Part shown: piece by piece, positions 41,720 through 53,438 of the stretch
How the letters are laid out: every line of letters starts with the position of its first letter
Numbering within the stretch: position 1 is the stretch's first letter
From: an uncultured Planctomycetota bacterium
Lineage (GTDB): Bacteria > Planctomycetota > Planctomycetia > Pirellulales > Lacipirellulaceae
DNA length: 64,000 bases
Reading direction: 5' to 3'
Assembly (NCBI GenBank): GCA_963719315.1
Contig: CAVRBU010000002.1
Span: forward strand, 448,001-512,000
Made by a program: the position numbers and the translations under genes
Notes under the pieces: generated by a model
Database searches by the model: none
Told to the model about the DNA's origin: nothing
What the model saw: only the letters and a program-made list of their open reading frames with translations

Positions 41720-42830
41720 ATGCGAATCGTACTCGTTTTTCTGTTGCTATTGATGATGTCGGCGCGAAGTGTGCGCGGCGAAACGATCGTATTGCGCGGG
41801 GCCGCGCAGGGGACGACTTACCACATCAAATTCGTGAAGCCGGCGAAGGAGTTTGCAACGCAGCGGCTGCAGGCAGACGTGGAACAATTTCTGGCCGATA
41901 TCGATCGGCAGATGTCGACCTATCGGGCCGACTCGGAGATCAGCCGGTTCAACCGCGCGCCGGCCGGCGTGTGGTTCTCGGTTTCGCCAGCGGTCGTTGA
42001 AGTTGTGAAAGCGGCCCAGGAGATCAGTGAGCTGTCCGATGGTGCGATGGATATTACGGTTGGGCCGCTGGTGCAGTTGTGGCACTTCGGGCCGCGGGCG
42101 AACAAGCCGCCATCACCCCGCCCTCTCCCGGAGGGAGAGGGAGTTGCGAAGCAGAAGTTTGCACCGCCGCCGGAGGAGCAGCTTCGCAACGCCCGCATGC
42201 GGGTGGGTTACAAGAAGCTGGAGTTTCGGCAGACGCCGCCGGCGTTGCGGAAGGAAGTCGACGGGCTGGAGGTCGATTTGTCGTCGATTGCTTCAGGCTA
42301 CACGATCGATCATCTGTCGGCGTTGATGGTGGAACACGGCGTCAAGGATTTCATGGTCGAGCTGGGCGGCGAGGTTCGCGCCGGCGGCAAGCGCGAAGAC
42401 GGCACGCCGTGGCGGATTGCGATCGAACGGCCGACAGCGGAAAAACGCGAGATGGAGGTGGCTGTGCCGTTGGTGAATGCGTGCGCTCGCGACGGCCGGC
42501 GGCACGCACAAGTTTTTCGAGTACGAAGGTCATCGTTACTCGCACATCATCGATCCATCGACAGGACGGCCGGTGGAGCATGCGCTGGCATCGGTCACGG
42601 TGGCGGCCGATACGTGCCTTGAAGCCGATGGCTGGGATACGCCGCTGTTGGTGCTGGGGCCGGAACGTGGGTTTGAACGAGCGGAGAAACTGGGACTCGC
42701 GGCGATGTTTATTTCGCACCCGGATGCTGGCGACGGCACGGACGCGGTGCGAACTACCTCCGCCTGGCGGAAGAGATTTGGCGGAAGTGAAGTTACTGGC
42801 GGCACTGGCAAAGCCAGTGGCACCCGATAA
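41720..42830 (+). CDS. apbE: FAD:protein FMN transferase; apparent frameshift near 42482
   Basis: GTTYHI, MSTYRADSEISRFN, DLSSIASGY, ELGGE; then YSHIIDPSTG and ADGWDT in the shifted frame. Confidence 0.88.
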
Positions 42831-42870
42831 GAGTGCAAGCTGATTCGATCTTTGCGGGAGGCGATTAATT

Positions 42871-43722
42871 TTGAAAACGCACACGCCTAACGCCGAGGAC
42901 GGCCTGTGGCCACTTTTGGAGCGGTTCTACGACGGCGTGTTATTGGTTCGTGCGGACAATTGGCACGTACTGTGCGCCAATCATACGGCAGCGAGGTGGC
43001 TTGGACAGACTCCAGAGGAATTGGTTGGTCGCTTGGCCCTTGAGCTTTTTTTGGAAGAATCGAGGGAAGCTGTCGTAACGCAGTTCGAACGTGAATTAGC
43101 TGCCGGTTCGAGCGACGGACCAATTATCGTCAAATTGCTCCCAACGCAGCGTCGCAAGCGCACCGTTGGACTCAAGGCCTGCCGTATCGTATGGGATGGT
43201 GAAGCAGCATTGGGGGTGTGGCTGCACTCAGTCCAAACACCAGCGCGCTATTTCGAAAGTATGGACCCGCTCGTCAGATGGAAGGACCGTGCATTCTTAG
43301 AAACTCGGCTCGGCGAATTACTGCACGATTATGACCCCCCGAAGAAATTCGTATTACTGTTTATCGATCTCGACAATTTCAAAGCGGTGAACGATCGCCA
43401 CGGACACATTTGGGGAGATAGAGTGCTGAAAGCAATAGCATGGCAGTTAGCGGAATGTGTTGGAGAGGGCGAACTTGTTGCACGCTACGGCGGCGATGAG
43501 TTCCTTGTCCTTGTGGAGAACCAAACTGACTCGACAAGCGTTGAAGCACTCGCGAATCGTATTCGCCGCGCAGTTTCGACGCCGATGGTAGTACCTGGCG
43601 AGACAATAAGTCTGACGGCGAGTATGGGGATTGCGTATGCCGCGCCAGAATATTGCAAGGTAGAAGATGTATTGGCGGCGGCGGATCGGGCGATGTATGC
43701 GGCGAAGCGCGGGAACCGGTGA
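42871..43722 (+). CDS. PAS-GGDEF diguanylate cyclase
   Basis: IDLDNFKAVNDRHGH, ARYGGDEF, ADRAMYAAK; N-terminal PAS-like region. Confidence 0.88.
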   Translation: MKTHTPNAEDGLWPLLERFYDGVLLVRADNWHVLCANHTAARWLGQTPEELVGRLALELFLEESREAVVTQFERELAAGSSDGPIIVKLLPTQRRKRTVGLKACRIVWDGEAALGVWLHSVQTPARYFESMDPLVRWKDRAFLETRLGELLHDYDPPKKFVLLFIDLDNFKAVNDRHGHIWGDRVLKAIAWQLAECVGEGELVARYGGDEFLVLVENQTDSTSVEALANRIRRAVSTPMVVPGETISLTASMGIAYAAPEYCKVEDVLAAADRAMYAAKRGNR

Positions 43723-43917
43723 TGCCGCGGCGGGAATCGAAAGAATTCCGCTGCTTTGCCAAATGCTTTGAACTCTTGCGAGTTAAGCTACGGGTGGCAG
43801 CGATCGACGTGCTACCAGCGCCAGCAGCCGCTAGCTTGGCATTGTTTGGGCGCGGGCGAATGGCTATCTTTGCCGCGTCTCAGACCCATTGGTGGCTTGA
43901 ACGCAAGGATGCAACGA

Positions 43918-45978
43918 ATGCGAGTATCGGCTGTTTCGGTACACGGCGCCGCGGGCTGGCCCGACGTGTGCCTTGAATCTCACGGGACGCAACTAACGGC
44001 CGTGTGCGGCCCTTCGAATAGCGGCAAAAGTGCCATAGCGGGCCTCATGGGCCATGCTCTGTTCGGCAAATCGGAAGCTGCGCACGGCGGGGCGACGTTG
44101 CCCGAAGGAGAACTGGTTGTCGAGGCGAACAGCGGGCAATATCGGCTGCGGCGGGTGCGCGATGCGCACAATGTTGCGCGGCTGACCGTGGCTGGGCTCC
44201 ATGGTGCGGCGGTCGATCATCAAACCACGCGGCGACTGGTGGGGAACTTGCCGCCGAGCGTTTTGGCGCCGTTGTGCGCAGTGAGTTTCCGCGAGTCGCC
44301 GAACGTGGAACAGTTATTGTCGAAGGAATTTGCGCTCGGGTTTCAATCGGTTCAATCCATTCACGATGACGGTGGTCCGCAAGCTTCGCGTCGCGCGGCG
44401 GAACTCGCCGCGCGACGCGATTTGCTCGCTCAGGAGCTGGAAACGCGGATTTCCGGTGAGCGGCGGGCAAGCGGCGAGCTGGAAACGCGGTGGCGCGAGT
44501 TGGATCGGCTGGCGCACGATCAGCAGCACAATTTGGCTGGCCTGGAGCAGAGATTGCAATCCGCTGAGAAGTCGCTGGCGGAGACGGATGCGCGGCTGCG
44601 ATATCGGCGGCTGGAATTGAATGTGGAATTGCGATGGCGGGCCGACGAGCGCCAGGAACCTGAGACGACACTCACGGAATTGGATGCGCAGCTCGAGCGC
44701 TGCCGGACGATGCTGACGGAAATCGCTGCACGCGAGGGCGTGGTCCGCGGGCGATTGGCGCAGGTGCAGACGGCGCGAACCGGAACGGCGGCGATCGCAG
44801 ATCAGCAGACTTGGCTGGCGGTTTCGCGGCATTTGGCGGCGGATCTGTCGGGTGAAGTTTCGCGGCTGGCGCGGGCGAGTGCGTCGCAGAGTTGCGTTTG
44901 TAACGATGCGCACCCGAGGCTGCGACCGATCGCGGAAACGATTGAGCGGCAACTAGCCGTGCTCGAAGAATGCATCCAAGATCAGCGACGGGCTCTGAGT
45001 GCCACCGAGCTACAGAGCGAAGTCGATGGCTTGGCACGCACGCAGACCGAATTGCGGCGGCATTTGGAGCATTTGCTGGCGCGCCGACAGGCCCACACGT
45101 GGGGCGCACGGTCGTTCCGCGAGGACGCCAAAGGCACGAATCTGGGTTTCAGCGCGGCCGATGCCGAGCAGCTGGAAAGCCGGCGTCTGGAACTTGAACG
45201 GGAACGATTTCAACTAGCGGAGCAAGTCAATGCGGCCGCCAAGAAACTGAAGTCGTTGCGAGGCGAGCGGGATGCGGTCGATCGACAACGGGCGTCCTTG
45301 CTTTCGGCACGGTCAATTGAGCACGTGCAACGTGAATTGGCGCTCGTCCAGCAGAAGTTGGAGCACGCGACGGGGACCAGCACGCCCGTGCAACATGGCT
45401 TAGTCGTTGGCGATTACCCTACGCGGGCATCGGACTTTCTTGCGCAATTGACAAACGGAGATTTGGTGCGGCTGTCGCTCGTCGGCCAGGGTCGCCAGGC
45501 GTGCGTTGTCAACCGCGAAGGAGCAACGATCGCCTTCGATCAACTTGGCGGCACACAGCGCGATCAAGTGTATCTGAGCCTGTGTCTCACGCTGCTCTCG
45601 GCGGCGAGCCGGCAGGATGTGTGGTTGCCGTTGGTGCTCGATGAGCCGTTCGAGCGGCTGGACGCCCGCGCCACGGCGGCGCTGGTGGCGGTGCTCGACG
45701 TGTTCTGTCGGCAGGGGCACCAGGTGTTTGTGTTCACGCGCAAGCAGGATGCGACGGAGCGGCTGGCGTCCATTGGCGCAGCGGTGCACAACATCGCCAG
45801 CTTGCGGCGATGGGGGGCGGAGGCAAATAGCACTAAAACACAGGCACCGTTGCCGATGCCGGCGGCCTCGATGGCACCGGTAAAAAAGCGGAAGGCCGAT
45901 GTGCGGAGTACGGAAGTACGAAGTACCGAGATACGGCGGCGAAAAAAGAAACCCGTCGATCGTAGCGACGCTGCGTGA
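43918..45978 (+). CDS. YhaN/Rad50-like coiled-coil ABC-type ATPase
   Basis: GPSNSGKS; long coiled coils; LGGTQRDQVYLSL; PLVLDEPFERLD; QVFVFT. Confidence 0.75.
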   Translation: MRVSAVSVHGAAGWPDVCLESHGTQLTAVCGPSNSGKSAIAGLMGHALFGKSEAAHGGATLPEGELVVEANSGQYRLRRVRDAHNVARLTVAGLHGAAVDHQTTRRLVGNLPPSVLAPLCAVSFRESPNVEQLLSKEFALGFQSVQSIHDDGGPQASRRAAELAARRDLLAQELETRISGERRASGELETRWRELDRLAHDQQHNLAGLEQRLQSAEKSLAETDARLRYRRLELNVELRWRADERQEPETTLTELDAQLERCRTMLTEIAAREGVVRGRLAQVQTARTGTAAIADQQTWLAVSRHLAADLSGEVSRLARASASQSCVCNDAHPRLRPIAETIERQLAVLEECIQDQRRALSATELQSEVDGLARTQTELRRHLEHLLARRQAHTWGARSFREDAKGTNLGFSAADAEQLESRRLELERERFQLAEQVNAAAKKLKSLRGERDAVDRQRASLLSARSIEHVQRELALVQQKLEHATGTSTPVQHGLVVGDYPTRASDFLAQLTNGDLVRLSLVGQGRQACVVNREGATIAFDQLGGTQRDQVYLSLCLTLLSAASRQDVWLPLVLDEPFERLDARATAALVAVLDVFCRQGHQVFVFTRKQDATERLASIGAAVHNIASLRRWGAEANSTKTQAPLPMPAASMAPVKKRKADVRSTEVRSTEIRRRKKKPVDRSDAA

Positions 45979-45995
45979 GCTAAACCACGAGTGAA

Positions 45996-46478
45996 CTACT
46001 CGTCCAGGAATTTGATTTCCAGAATCTGGAACTTGTTGGTGCCGGCGGGGACTTCGACTTCTACCTTGTCGCCGACTTTCTTTCCAACGAAGCCCTGAGC
46101 CAGTGGGCTGGCGATGTTGATGCGGCCCGTGTCGTAGTCCTCTTCGCCGGCGCCGACGAGCGTGAACTCCTCGGTGTCGCCGAAGTCGAGGTCCTTCACG
46201 ACGATCGTGCAGCCGAAGACCACTTGGTCCTTGGGTAGCTTGGCATTGTCCATGATGGCCGCGCGGGCCAGTTTGTCGGCGAGCAAGTTGATTTTGGCCT
46301 GCAGCAGCCCCTGCGACTCGCGGGCACCGTGGTACTCGGCATTTTCGCTGAGGTCGCCTTCCGCCCGGGCGGTCGCGATCCGCTTTTCGATTTCCGGCAT
46401 CTGCTCGTTTTGGAGCACATCGAGCTCGGCCTTGATCTTGTTGTACCCAGCACGGGTCATGGGGATTCGTTCGGACAT
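45996..46478 (-). CDS. greA: Transcription elongation factor GreA
   Basis: [26 protein letters not shown]. Confidence 0.95.
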   Translation of the reverse strand: MSERIPMTRAGYNKIKAELDVLQNEQMPEIEKRIATARAEGDLSENAEYHGARESQGLLQAKINLLADKLARAAIMDNAKLPKDQVVFGCTIVVKDLDFGDTEEFTLVGAGEEDYDTGRINIASPLAQGFVGKKVGDKVEVEVPAGTNKFQILEIKFLDE

Positions 46479-46653
46479 GGCAATTGGTCGAGAGTCGAGG
46501 GTCGAGAGCCAGAAGCCCTGGCCTTAGTTCTCAGGGGCTTCACGTCAAGTTGTCGAAGCGCAACAAAAATGGCCTCCCTGGGGGAAGCCCACGTCGTCAG
46601 CAGATATTTTCGATCCAACAGCAAAGGTTGTAAAGGGCAGTAAACCCCCTTGA

Positions 46654-46878
46654 TCATCTCGACTGTTCGGCCGATTGCGAGTTTTCACTGATTTCTGAAA
46701 TATTCATTAACGCCAGCAATTTGTTCAGCATACGGCCCTTATCGCGAGTCAATACGGCCACCGAATAGTCGCCCACGAGCGCAAACTCAGGGCCGGAGAC
46801 GTCATACGTATCTCCATTGTTCATACGGATGCGTATGGGCGTACGACGGAGCCAAGCTTTTACTTCGTCAGGTTCCAT
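46654..46878 (-). CDS. Small hypothetical protein
   Basis: 74-aa ORF; PIRIRMNNGDTYDVSGPE resembles small planctomycete hypotheticals. Confidence 0.6.
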   Translation of the reverse strand: MEPDEVKAWLRRTPIRIRMNNGDTYDVSGPEFALVGDYSVAVLTRDKGRMLNKLLALMNISEISENSQSAEQSR

Positions 46879-47008
46879 GGATAAATATCTCGTATCCCAT
46901 TGTCAATTCAGGGCTTCGATCGGTGAATCAATCCATTTTATCATACCGCCCGATGCGAGCCAGTGGTTCAAGCTCGGGGTGGTGTTCTAGTTTGCGGCAC
47001 AACACCTT

Positions 47009-47059
47009 GTAGCACGGACTTCAGTCCGTGATTCTCGTACGGACTGAAGTCCGTGCTAC
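47009..47059. repeat. GTAG-type REP doublet (second family); other GTAG..CTAC doublets at 12490..12542 and 33069..33120
   Basis: GTAGCACGGACTTCAGTCCGT...ACGGACTGAAGTCCGTGCTAC inverted repeat. Confidence 0.8.
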
Positions 47060-47143
47060 AAAGTTCCGGTCCGAACGGCGCCAAATTAGGACACTACCAA
47101 GCTCGGCGATTGGTAGACAGGATTGTCTGCCCCACACGGGCGT

Positions 47144-47846
47144 TTATTCGGACAAATACAGCAGCCGCCCGCAGGATTTGCAGAAGATGAGCTTGGAGAG
47201 TCGCAGCTCATTTTGCATGTTGAGCGTGATCTGCTGGCCGCAGCCGCTGCAGACACCGTCGTCGGCGGCGGCCAGGCTGTCGGCCCCTTTGCTGCGGACA
47301 ACGCGGTCGTAGTCGGCTTTGAGGTCAGCGGGGAGCGCCTTCTCGGCCTCGATCAATTCGCCTTCCAGTCGCGTGATATCGGAGTGGATGGACGCGGCGG
47401 AACGTTTCTACGGCCTGCCGGGCTTTTTCCATTTCCTGCTTGCCGGAGGCTAGATTCTTTTCGGCTTCTTTCGTTGCGAGAGCGAGTTGGTCGACCTTTT
47501 CCATGCCTTCCAGGATTTCGTCCGAGAGGACGCTGCCGGCCATTTCGGCGGCGGCGATTTGTTCCAGGAACGCCTGGTACTCGCGATTGCTGTTCGCGCC
47601 GTTGAGCTTTACCCGCAGATCAAGGACCTTTTGCTCGCCCGACTTCAGGTCGAGCTGCTTGCGATCGGTCGCCATTTGCATTTGCTTGGCGCGATCGCGG
47701 GCTTCGGCGAGCCTGGCCTCAAGCTGGGCCACATTCGCTTCGCGGGCCCGGACCTGCTTGGGGCCGCGTTCGAGGCGGTCGCGCAGGTCGGCTAATTCTT
47801 GGTGGATCCGGTGCAACTCCCGCAGTGCGGCAGCCGTAACGCTCAT
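47144..47846 (-). CDS. Coiled-coil C4-type zinc-ribbon protein (DUF164-like); apparent frameshift near 47405
   Basis: SNREYQAFLEQI coiled coil, then CSGC...CKSCGRLLY in the shifted frame; next to rpoD. Confidence 0.8.
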
Positions 47847-47959
47847 GTGCGGCCTCCCTGATGCGTGACGTTCATGCGTATGATTTCAATGATCGGAGTA
47901 ATGGATACCATTATGATACCGCGCAAACGAGTTTTGCAGTATCGGTTGGTTTGGGCACG

Positions 47960-47989
47960 AAAAAAGCCGCCGATCGTAGACCGGCGGCT
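47960..47989 (-). terminator. Intrinsic terminator after rpoD
   Basis: AGCCGCCG..CGGCGGCT hairpin with a six-A flank. Confidence 0.7.
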
Positions 47990-48065
47990 CACGTAGGCGA
48001 GTTTCTCCGAAACTCGCACCAAAGCGCATTTTGAATTGTCGTCTGTCAGTTTCGGAGAAACTGAC

Positions 48066-49721
48066 CTACGCCGCGGCGGCGGTGGCGACGCCGGGGACGA
48101 ACGGTTCGAGATAGCGGCTGCGGACGGGGTTCTGCAGCTTGGCGACCGCCTTGGCTTCGATCTGCCGCACGCGTTCGCGGGTAACTTTGAAGATTCGGCC
48201 AACTTCCTCCAGCGTGTAGGAGTAGCCATCGGCCAGGCCGTATCGCAGGCGGATGATTTCGCGTTCGCGGAACGTCAACGTCTTGAGGAGCTCCTCGATC
48301 CGCTCGCGCAGTTGGATATTGTTCGCCAACTTGTGCGGAGCTTCGGTGCCCTGGTCTTGCACGAACTCGCCGAAGCAGCCGTCGTCCCCTTCGCCGATCG
48401 GGCGGTCGAGGCTGATCGGGTGGCGGCCGATATCCAACACGCGCTCGGTCTCTTCGATCGTGATACCGGCCTCGATGGCGGTTTCCTCGGTCGTCGGCTC
48501 GCGGCCCATCTCCTGCAGCAGCTTCTTGGCCGCGTTGCGGAGTTTCATGAGCACGTCGATCATGTGGACCGGAATGCGGATCGTGCGGGCCTGGTCGGCG
48601 ATTGCCCGCGTGATCGCCTGGCGAATCCACCACGTGGCGTACGTGCTGAATTTGAAGCCGCGGCGGTACTCATACTTATCGACGGCCCGCATCAGGCCCG
48701 TGTTGCCTTCCTGGATCAAGTCCAGGAACGAGAGGCCGCGGTTCCGGTACTTCTTGGCAATCGAGACCACGAGCCGCAGATTGCCGCTGGATAGTTCGCG
48801 CTTGGCGTCTTCGAACTGCTTGTACTGCCCGCGGAGCAATCGGCAGCGGCGACGGAGGCTGGCCGGACTTTCCAGCGTGCTGAGCATGTGCTCGCGCAGC
48901 TCGTGTCGGATGGAGGCGATCTTATCGGCCGGTGCGTTCGTGGCGCGGAGTTCGGCCAGTTGGCGCCGGAGATCATCCATTCGCTTCGACGTGTCCTCAA
49001 GCTGGCGAATGAGGGGCTGCACGCGGCGGGTACGCAAGCTCATTTCCTCGACCAGCAAGAGCATTTTGTCGCGCGTGCGAATATAGCGGATGCGGGCGAC
49101 GGCCTTCTGCTCCGGCATGGCCTTCTTGCTCGTCAGCAGCGCGAAGTCCTGCTTTTGCCGGGCCATCAACTGCTGCAACAGCGGCAGGTTATGCGGCATG
49201 CGGGCTTGCACCTGCTCCTTCGTGAGCCGCTCGGTGAGCGAAACCTTGATCGTGCGATCGAACGGCAGTTCGCCCTTATGGACGCGCTCCAGCACTTTCA
49301 CCGTGGCTTCCAGAGCGAAGAACGACCGAAGCAGGTTGCGGCGAAAGCGCTTACGCGTGAGCTCAATTTTCTTGGCGAGACGGATTTCTTCGTCCCGCGT
49401 CAGCAGCGGAATGTTCGCCATTTGCGACAGGTACATGCGGATCGGATCGCTCGATCCGTGCGGCATGCCGTCGGTAAGGACGAAGCCGCGGTCGCCGTCG
49501 GCGTTGCTGGGCTCTGGATCGGCCAGCTCGCGGCGGTTGTCGTTGGGGCCATCGACGAGCTCGATTCCCAGGCCGTCGATTGCACTGAGCACGGCGTCGA
49601 TGCGGTCGGTGCCTTCGATTTCATCCGGCAGCAGCGCGCTGACTTCTTCGTAGGTGAGTTGACCGCTAGCCTTGGCCTTGGATATGAGTTCTTGGAGAGC
49701 GAGATCAATACGCGATAACAT
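48066..49721 (-). CDS. rpoD: RNA polymerase primary sigma70 factor
   Basis: Region 1.1; [56 protein letters not shown] before ATG 49721; follows dnaG. Confidence 0.92.
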   Translation of the reverse strand: MLSRIDLALQELISKAKASGQLTYEEVSALLPDEIEGTDRIDAVLSAIDGLGIELVDGPNDNRRELADPEPSNADGDRGFVLTDGMPHGSSDPIRMYLSQMANIPLLTRDEEIRLAKKIELTRKRFRRNLLRSFFALEATVKVLERVHKGELPFDRTIKVSLTERLTKEQVQARMPHNLPLLQQLMARQKQDFALLTSKKAMPEQKAVARIRYIRTRDKMLLLVEEMSLRTRRVQPLIRQLEDTSKRMDDLRRQLAELRATNAPADKIASIRHELREHMLSTLESPASLRRRCRLLRGQYKQFEDAKRELSSGNLRLVVSIAKKYRNRGLSFLDLIQEGNTGLMRAVDKYEYRRGFKFSTYATWWIRQAITRAIADQARTIRIPVHMIDVLMKLRNAAKKLLQEMGREPTTEETAIEAGITIEETERVLDIGRHPISLDRPIGEGDDGCFGEFVQDQGTEAPHKLANNIQLRERIEELLKTLTFREREIIRLRYGLADGYSYTLEEVGRIFKVTRERVRQIEAKAVAKLQNPVRSRYLEPFVPGVATAAAA

Positions 49722-49823
49722 CGTTCGGCTCCTCCCGCACATCGTGTGCGGCTGGTACGAGGTGGCGAATGACCGACGAGGGGCCTTGCCCGTCCATAAG
49801 CAAGGTGAAGCCCGCCGGCTGTC

Positions 49824-49908
49824 CTTTGTCCGTGGTCGGTCGTCCGTTGTCGCGGGGGTGGCCCGATGTCTGTCGACAACGGACCACGGACAACGGACTA
49901 CGGACAAA
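49824..49908. repeat. Heptamer (GACAACG/GACCACG) inverted-repeat element between dnaG and rpoD
   Basis: GTCCGTGGTCGGTCGTCCGTTGTC...GACAACGGACCACGGACAACGGACTACGGAC. Confidence 0.7.
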
Positions 49909-51810
49909 TCATTTCTTTCTCCTTTCGAATTCATTGAGATGCTTCGATTTGGATTGTTCACAAAATTGAGCGAGCAGTTGTTCGGCGCTGGTGTCGCTTT
50001 GGCGGGCCGTGGCGAGGGCGGCCCGGCGCGCTGATTCGTCGCTGCGGCGGCGGTGTGTTTCGAGCAGGTCGGCGAGCCAGCGCTCGCGGTCGGCCTGGAA
50101 TTTGGTCGCGGCGGATTCATCGAGCTCGACGAGCAGGTTTTTGATTTCCGGCTCGTCGAACGCGGCCATCAGGCGGCCGAAATCGTCGTGCATCCCCTGC
50201 TCTGCCAGGCGGCAGCAGCCGACGAAGATTCGGCGGGCGACGGATGAGGAAATCGCGGCCGGCGGGATCGTTGCCGCCAGCCGGGTCACGAAAGAGGGAT
50301 CGAGGATGACCAGTTCCAGCAACTCGCGATCCCACGTCGGCAAGTCGGCGCTGCGGGCGGGGATTTCGGATTGCGCGGTACTCGAATCGTCGTCCGCAAT
50401 CTGGTCGGAATCCGAGCTTTGCGACGGCCGGCGGCTGCGGGCTTCGCGGCGGAGCCCGGACAAACGACTGCGAAGCGTTTCTTCCGGCAGGTGGAACTCG
50501 CGGGCAATGCGGCTGAGCATCGACCCTTCGCGCAAGAGCGCTGCCGATGTGCCGCCGCCGGCGGGGCGCATCTGAGCCAGGGTCGCGAGCAATTGCTCGG
50601 CGGCTTGCGAGGCACGATGGGTATCGGTGATCGTGTCCAATCCGTTGGTCACTGCTTTGAATTTATGTTCCAACGCGTCGACCGCTTGAGCGAGCAACAG
50701 CCGGAACTCGTCACTTCCATGTGTAGCAATAAAATCACACGGATCGATACCCTCTGGCAAGGTCAGAATCCGCAAGTCGACCAGATTTTTTTCGAAGAGT
50801 GCCAGCAGTGCGTCCAGAATCTCGTTGGTGCGGCGGCGACCTGCGGCGTCGCCATCGAGGACGAGTGTGATGCGTTCCGTGTACCGGCGCAAGAGTTGCA
50901 AATGGCGTTCACCGAGCGCGGTGCCGAGGACCGCAACACAGTTGGGGATGCCATGTTGCTGCGCCATCAGGCAATCGGTGTAGCCCTCCATGACGATCGC
51001 GCCGCCCTCCTCTTTGAAGTGATCTCGTGCCACATCGAGGCCGTAAAGCTCGCGGCTTTTGGAGAAGAGGGGCGTTTCGGGCGAGTTGATGTACTTGGCC
51101 GATTTGTCGTCCGCTAGCTGTGGCAGCACCCGGCCGCCGAAGGCGATCGGCCGCGAGCGGGCATCGCGAATCGAAAACATCACGCGCCCGCGGAACCAAT
51201 CGTAGTGGCCGCCACCAAGTTCCTTGCGACGGAGCAATCCTAGGCGTTCGAGGAGGGCGGGCGACCATTCGCTGCCGCGGGATCGCTCCAGGAGCCAATC
51301 CCAACGCTGCCCCAAAGGCGCGTAGCCGAGATGAAAACGGCGGATGGTTTCGTCGCTGATGCCTCGTTCGGCGAAGTACGCGCGTCCCGGTTCGCCTTCG
51401 GGCGCCGAAACCAGGCAGCGGTGGAATTGGTCTTCGGCCCAGGCGAGAACGCGGTAGAGAGTGCGTTTGTCGTCCTCCGCTCGGGACGGGCCGCTCTCCG
51501 GCTCGCTTTGCGGGCGACGCAATTGGATTCCCGCGCGTTCGGCGAGTAGCTCCAGCGCTTCGCGGAACTCCAGGTTTTCGGCCCGCATGATGAAGCTGAA
51601 CACGTCTCCGCCGTAGTCACAGACCCAGCATTTGAACGACTGCCGGTCGGGATTCACCGTGAGGCTAGGGCGGCTGTCGTCGTGCCAGGGGCAAAGGGCG
51701 ACGAAGTTGCGACCCTGGCGGCGGAGTTGCACGTAGCTGCCGACGAGATCGACGATGTCGATCGCCTGGCGAACTTGCTCCTTGGCATCGAATGCGGGGC
51801 CGAAACTCAC
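49909..51810 (-). CDS. dnaG: DNA primase
   Basis: CPWHDD..CWVC zinc finger, [28 protein letters not shown] start with GGAGG RBS. Confidence 0.96.
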   Translation of the reverse strand: MSFGPAFDAKEQVRQAIDIVDLVGSYVQLRRQGRNFVALCPWHDDSRPSLTVNPDRQSFKCWVCDYGGDVFSFIMRAENLEFREALELLAERAGIQLRRPQSEPESGPSRAEDDKRTLYRVLAWAEDQFHRCLVSAPEGEPGRAYFAERGISDETIRRFHLGYAPLGQRWDWLLERSRGSEWSPALLERLGLLRRKELGGGHYDWFRGRVMFSIRDARSRPIAFGGRVLPQLADDKSAKYINSPETPLFSKSRELYGLDVARDHFKEEGGAIVMEGYTDCLMAQQHGIPNCVAVLGTALGERHLQLLRRYTERITLVLDGDAAGRRRTNEILDALLALFEKNLVDLRILTLPEGIDPCDFIATHGSDEFRLLLAQAVDALEHKFKAVTNGLDTITDTHRASQAAEQLLATLAQMRPAGGGTSAALLREGSMLSRIAREFHLPEETLRSRLSGLRREARSRRPSQSSDSDQIADDDSSTAQSEIPARSADLPTWDRELLELVILDPSFVTRLAATIPPAAISSSVARRIFVGCCRLAEQGMHDDFGRLMAAFDEPEIKNLLVELDESAATKFQADRERWLADLLETHRRRSDESARRAALATARQSDTSAEQLLAQFCEQSKSKHLNEFERRKK

Positions 51811-51870
51811 GATGCGGGTCCTCCGGTGACAGCCAATCCGCCAATCCGCTAGCGGCAAACGTGGTTAAAG

Positions 51871-53094
51871 CTACTCGTCGCGATCTGGCTTGCGCTCGAC
51901 TTTGACATCGAGTTCAAGATTCTTTTTTTCTTTGCCGTTCTGTCGCACGAGCAGGAGTTTGGCGGTGGAACCGATCTCGGTGGCGGCAATCGCGCGACTC
52001 AGGAGCGTTGGATCGGTCGCTGCATGTTGGTTCCACTTAAGGATGACATCGCCCGTTTTGACGCCGACGCGACCGGCGGGCGCATCGCGCCGCACAGTGC
52101 CGACCAGCACGCCTTCGCCAAGCGCGAGACCATATTGTGTTCGGATATCCTCCGGCACGTCGAGCGGTTCGATCCCCAACCAAGCGCGGTCGATGTGCCC
52201 CTTGGCGCGGAGCTCGTCGTAACGATCGCGGGCAATCGCGCTGGGAATCGAAAAGCTGATGCCCTGATAGGCCGAGCCGAAGATGGCGGCGTTGATGCCG
52301 ACGATTTGACCTTCGATATTCACGAGCGGGCCGCCGCTGTTGCCGGGGTTCACGGCGGCGTCGGTCTGCAAATATTCCTGGTAGGGGCTGCGGCTGATGA
52401 AGCTGCCGCTGCGCCGCGCTTTCGCGCTAACGATGCCGAACGTGAGACTGCGATCGAGTCCGTAGGGGCTACCCAATGCCCACACGAGATCGCCGACTTC
52501 GAGCTTGTCGCTATTGCCCCATTCGGCCGGAATGAGGTTGTCCAAATCGATTTTCAGCACCGCGATATCGGTCATCGCGTCGGCGCCGACGACCTTTCCC
52601 TCGGCCACGCGGCGATCGCTCAGGCGGACTTGAACCGTGTCGACGCCGTTCACCACGTGAAAGTTAGTGATGATGTAACCGGCCTTATCGACGATCACGC
52701 CCGAACCTTGACCGTCCAGATTCCCGCCGGTTGGGCGCGTGATGCTGACGACGCTCGGCTCGACGCGTTTGGCCACGAGCCGCGAAGCCATTTCCAAATT
52801 GTTGAGCCGGGGCTTGAGTTGAGCGAGCGTGCCGGAAGCGACATCGTAGCCAGCCTTCAGTTCGTTGTAGGTGGTTTCATACACGAAGCGCCCAACCAGG
52901 AACGGCCCGGCGAGCAACAAGATGAACACTAAAAGCAGAAACCACAGGGCGCCGGTTTGGCGCGACGAGCCGGAAGACCGACGTTCCGAAGTGGGCGAAG
53001 TTGAGCGCGGCGAGTCAGACTCGCACGGCGGCAAAGCTGGAGGCGGCGCGGCGTCGGTCGCTGCTGTCGCGGGTGAAGTGATTGCGTCGTCCAT
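51871..53094 (-). CDS. HtrA/DegP-like S1C serine protease with PDZ domain
   Basis: TNFHVV, TDIAVL, TDAAVNPGNSGGPL; N-terminal TM. Confidence 0.93.
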   Translation of the reverse strand: MDDAITSPATAATDAAPPPALPPCESDSPRSTSPTSERRSSGSSRQTGALWFLLLVFILLLAGPFLVGRFVYETTYNELKAGYDVASGTLAQLKPRLNNLEMASRLVAKRVEPSVVSITRPTGGNLDGQGSGVIVDKAGYIITNFHVVNGVDTVQVRLSDRRVAEGKVVGADAMTDIAVLKIDLDNLIPAEWGNSDKLEVGDLVWALGSPYGLDRSLTFGIVSAKARRSGSFISRSPYQEYLQTDAAVNPGNSGGPLVNIEGQIVGINAAIFGSAYQGISFSIPSAIARDRYDELRAKGHIDRAWLGIEPLDVPEDIRTQYGLALGEGVLVGTVRRDAPAGRVGVKTGDVILKWNQHAATDPTLLSRAIAATEIGSTAKLLLVRQNGKEKKNLELDVKVERKPDRDE

Positions 53095-53438
53095 CTTTCG
53101 CGCACTCAGGATCGCGGTCGATAAGTGGCGGCAGGAATGGCCGCTCCTACCGATTATAAAGCCGACCGGCGAAAAATGCGATTGGCTGGCGCATTGCGCG
53201 GTACGGCCCGCATAATCAACCTAATCGGCCCCAACCCTGCCACTGGACACCGGCTGATTGGGGGACATTTTCGCGACGGCGACCTAACTTTAGATGAGTG
53301 CCGTGGTCGGCCCGACCGGTCCCGTTGTGAATTGTCGCTGAAGTCCCAAGACTTGCAGCGGTCGGCGAAGCCAGTCGGAATTCTTGCGAATACCGCTACG
53401 GCGGTTTCAATAATAGCAACACGATTGAACCAAGCCCA

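Noticed and set aside
49722..50120. Long N-terminal extension of RpoD overlapping dnaG
   Set aside because: Translates the heptamer repeat and the dnaG end; a strong RBS supports the start at 49721
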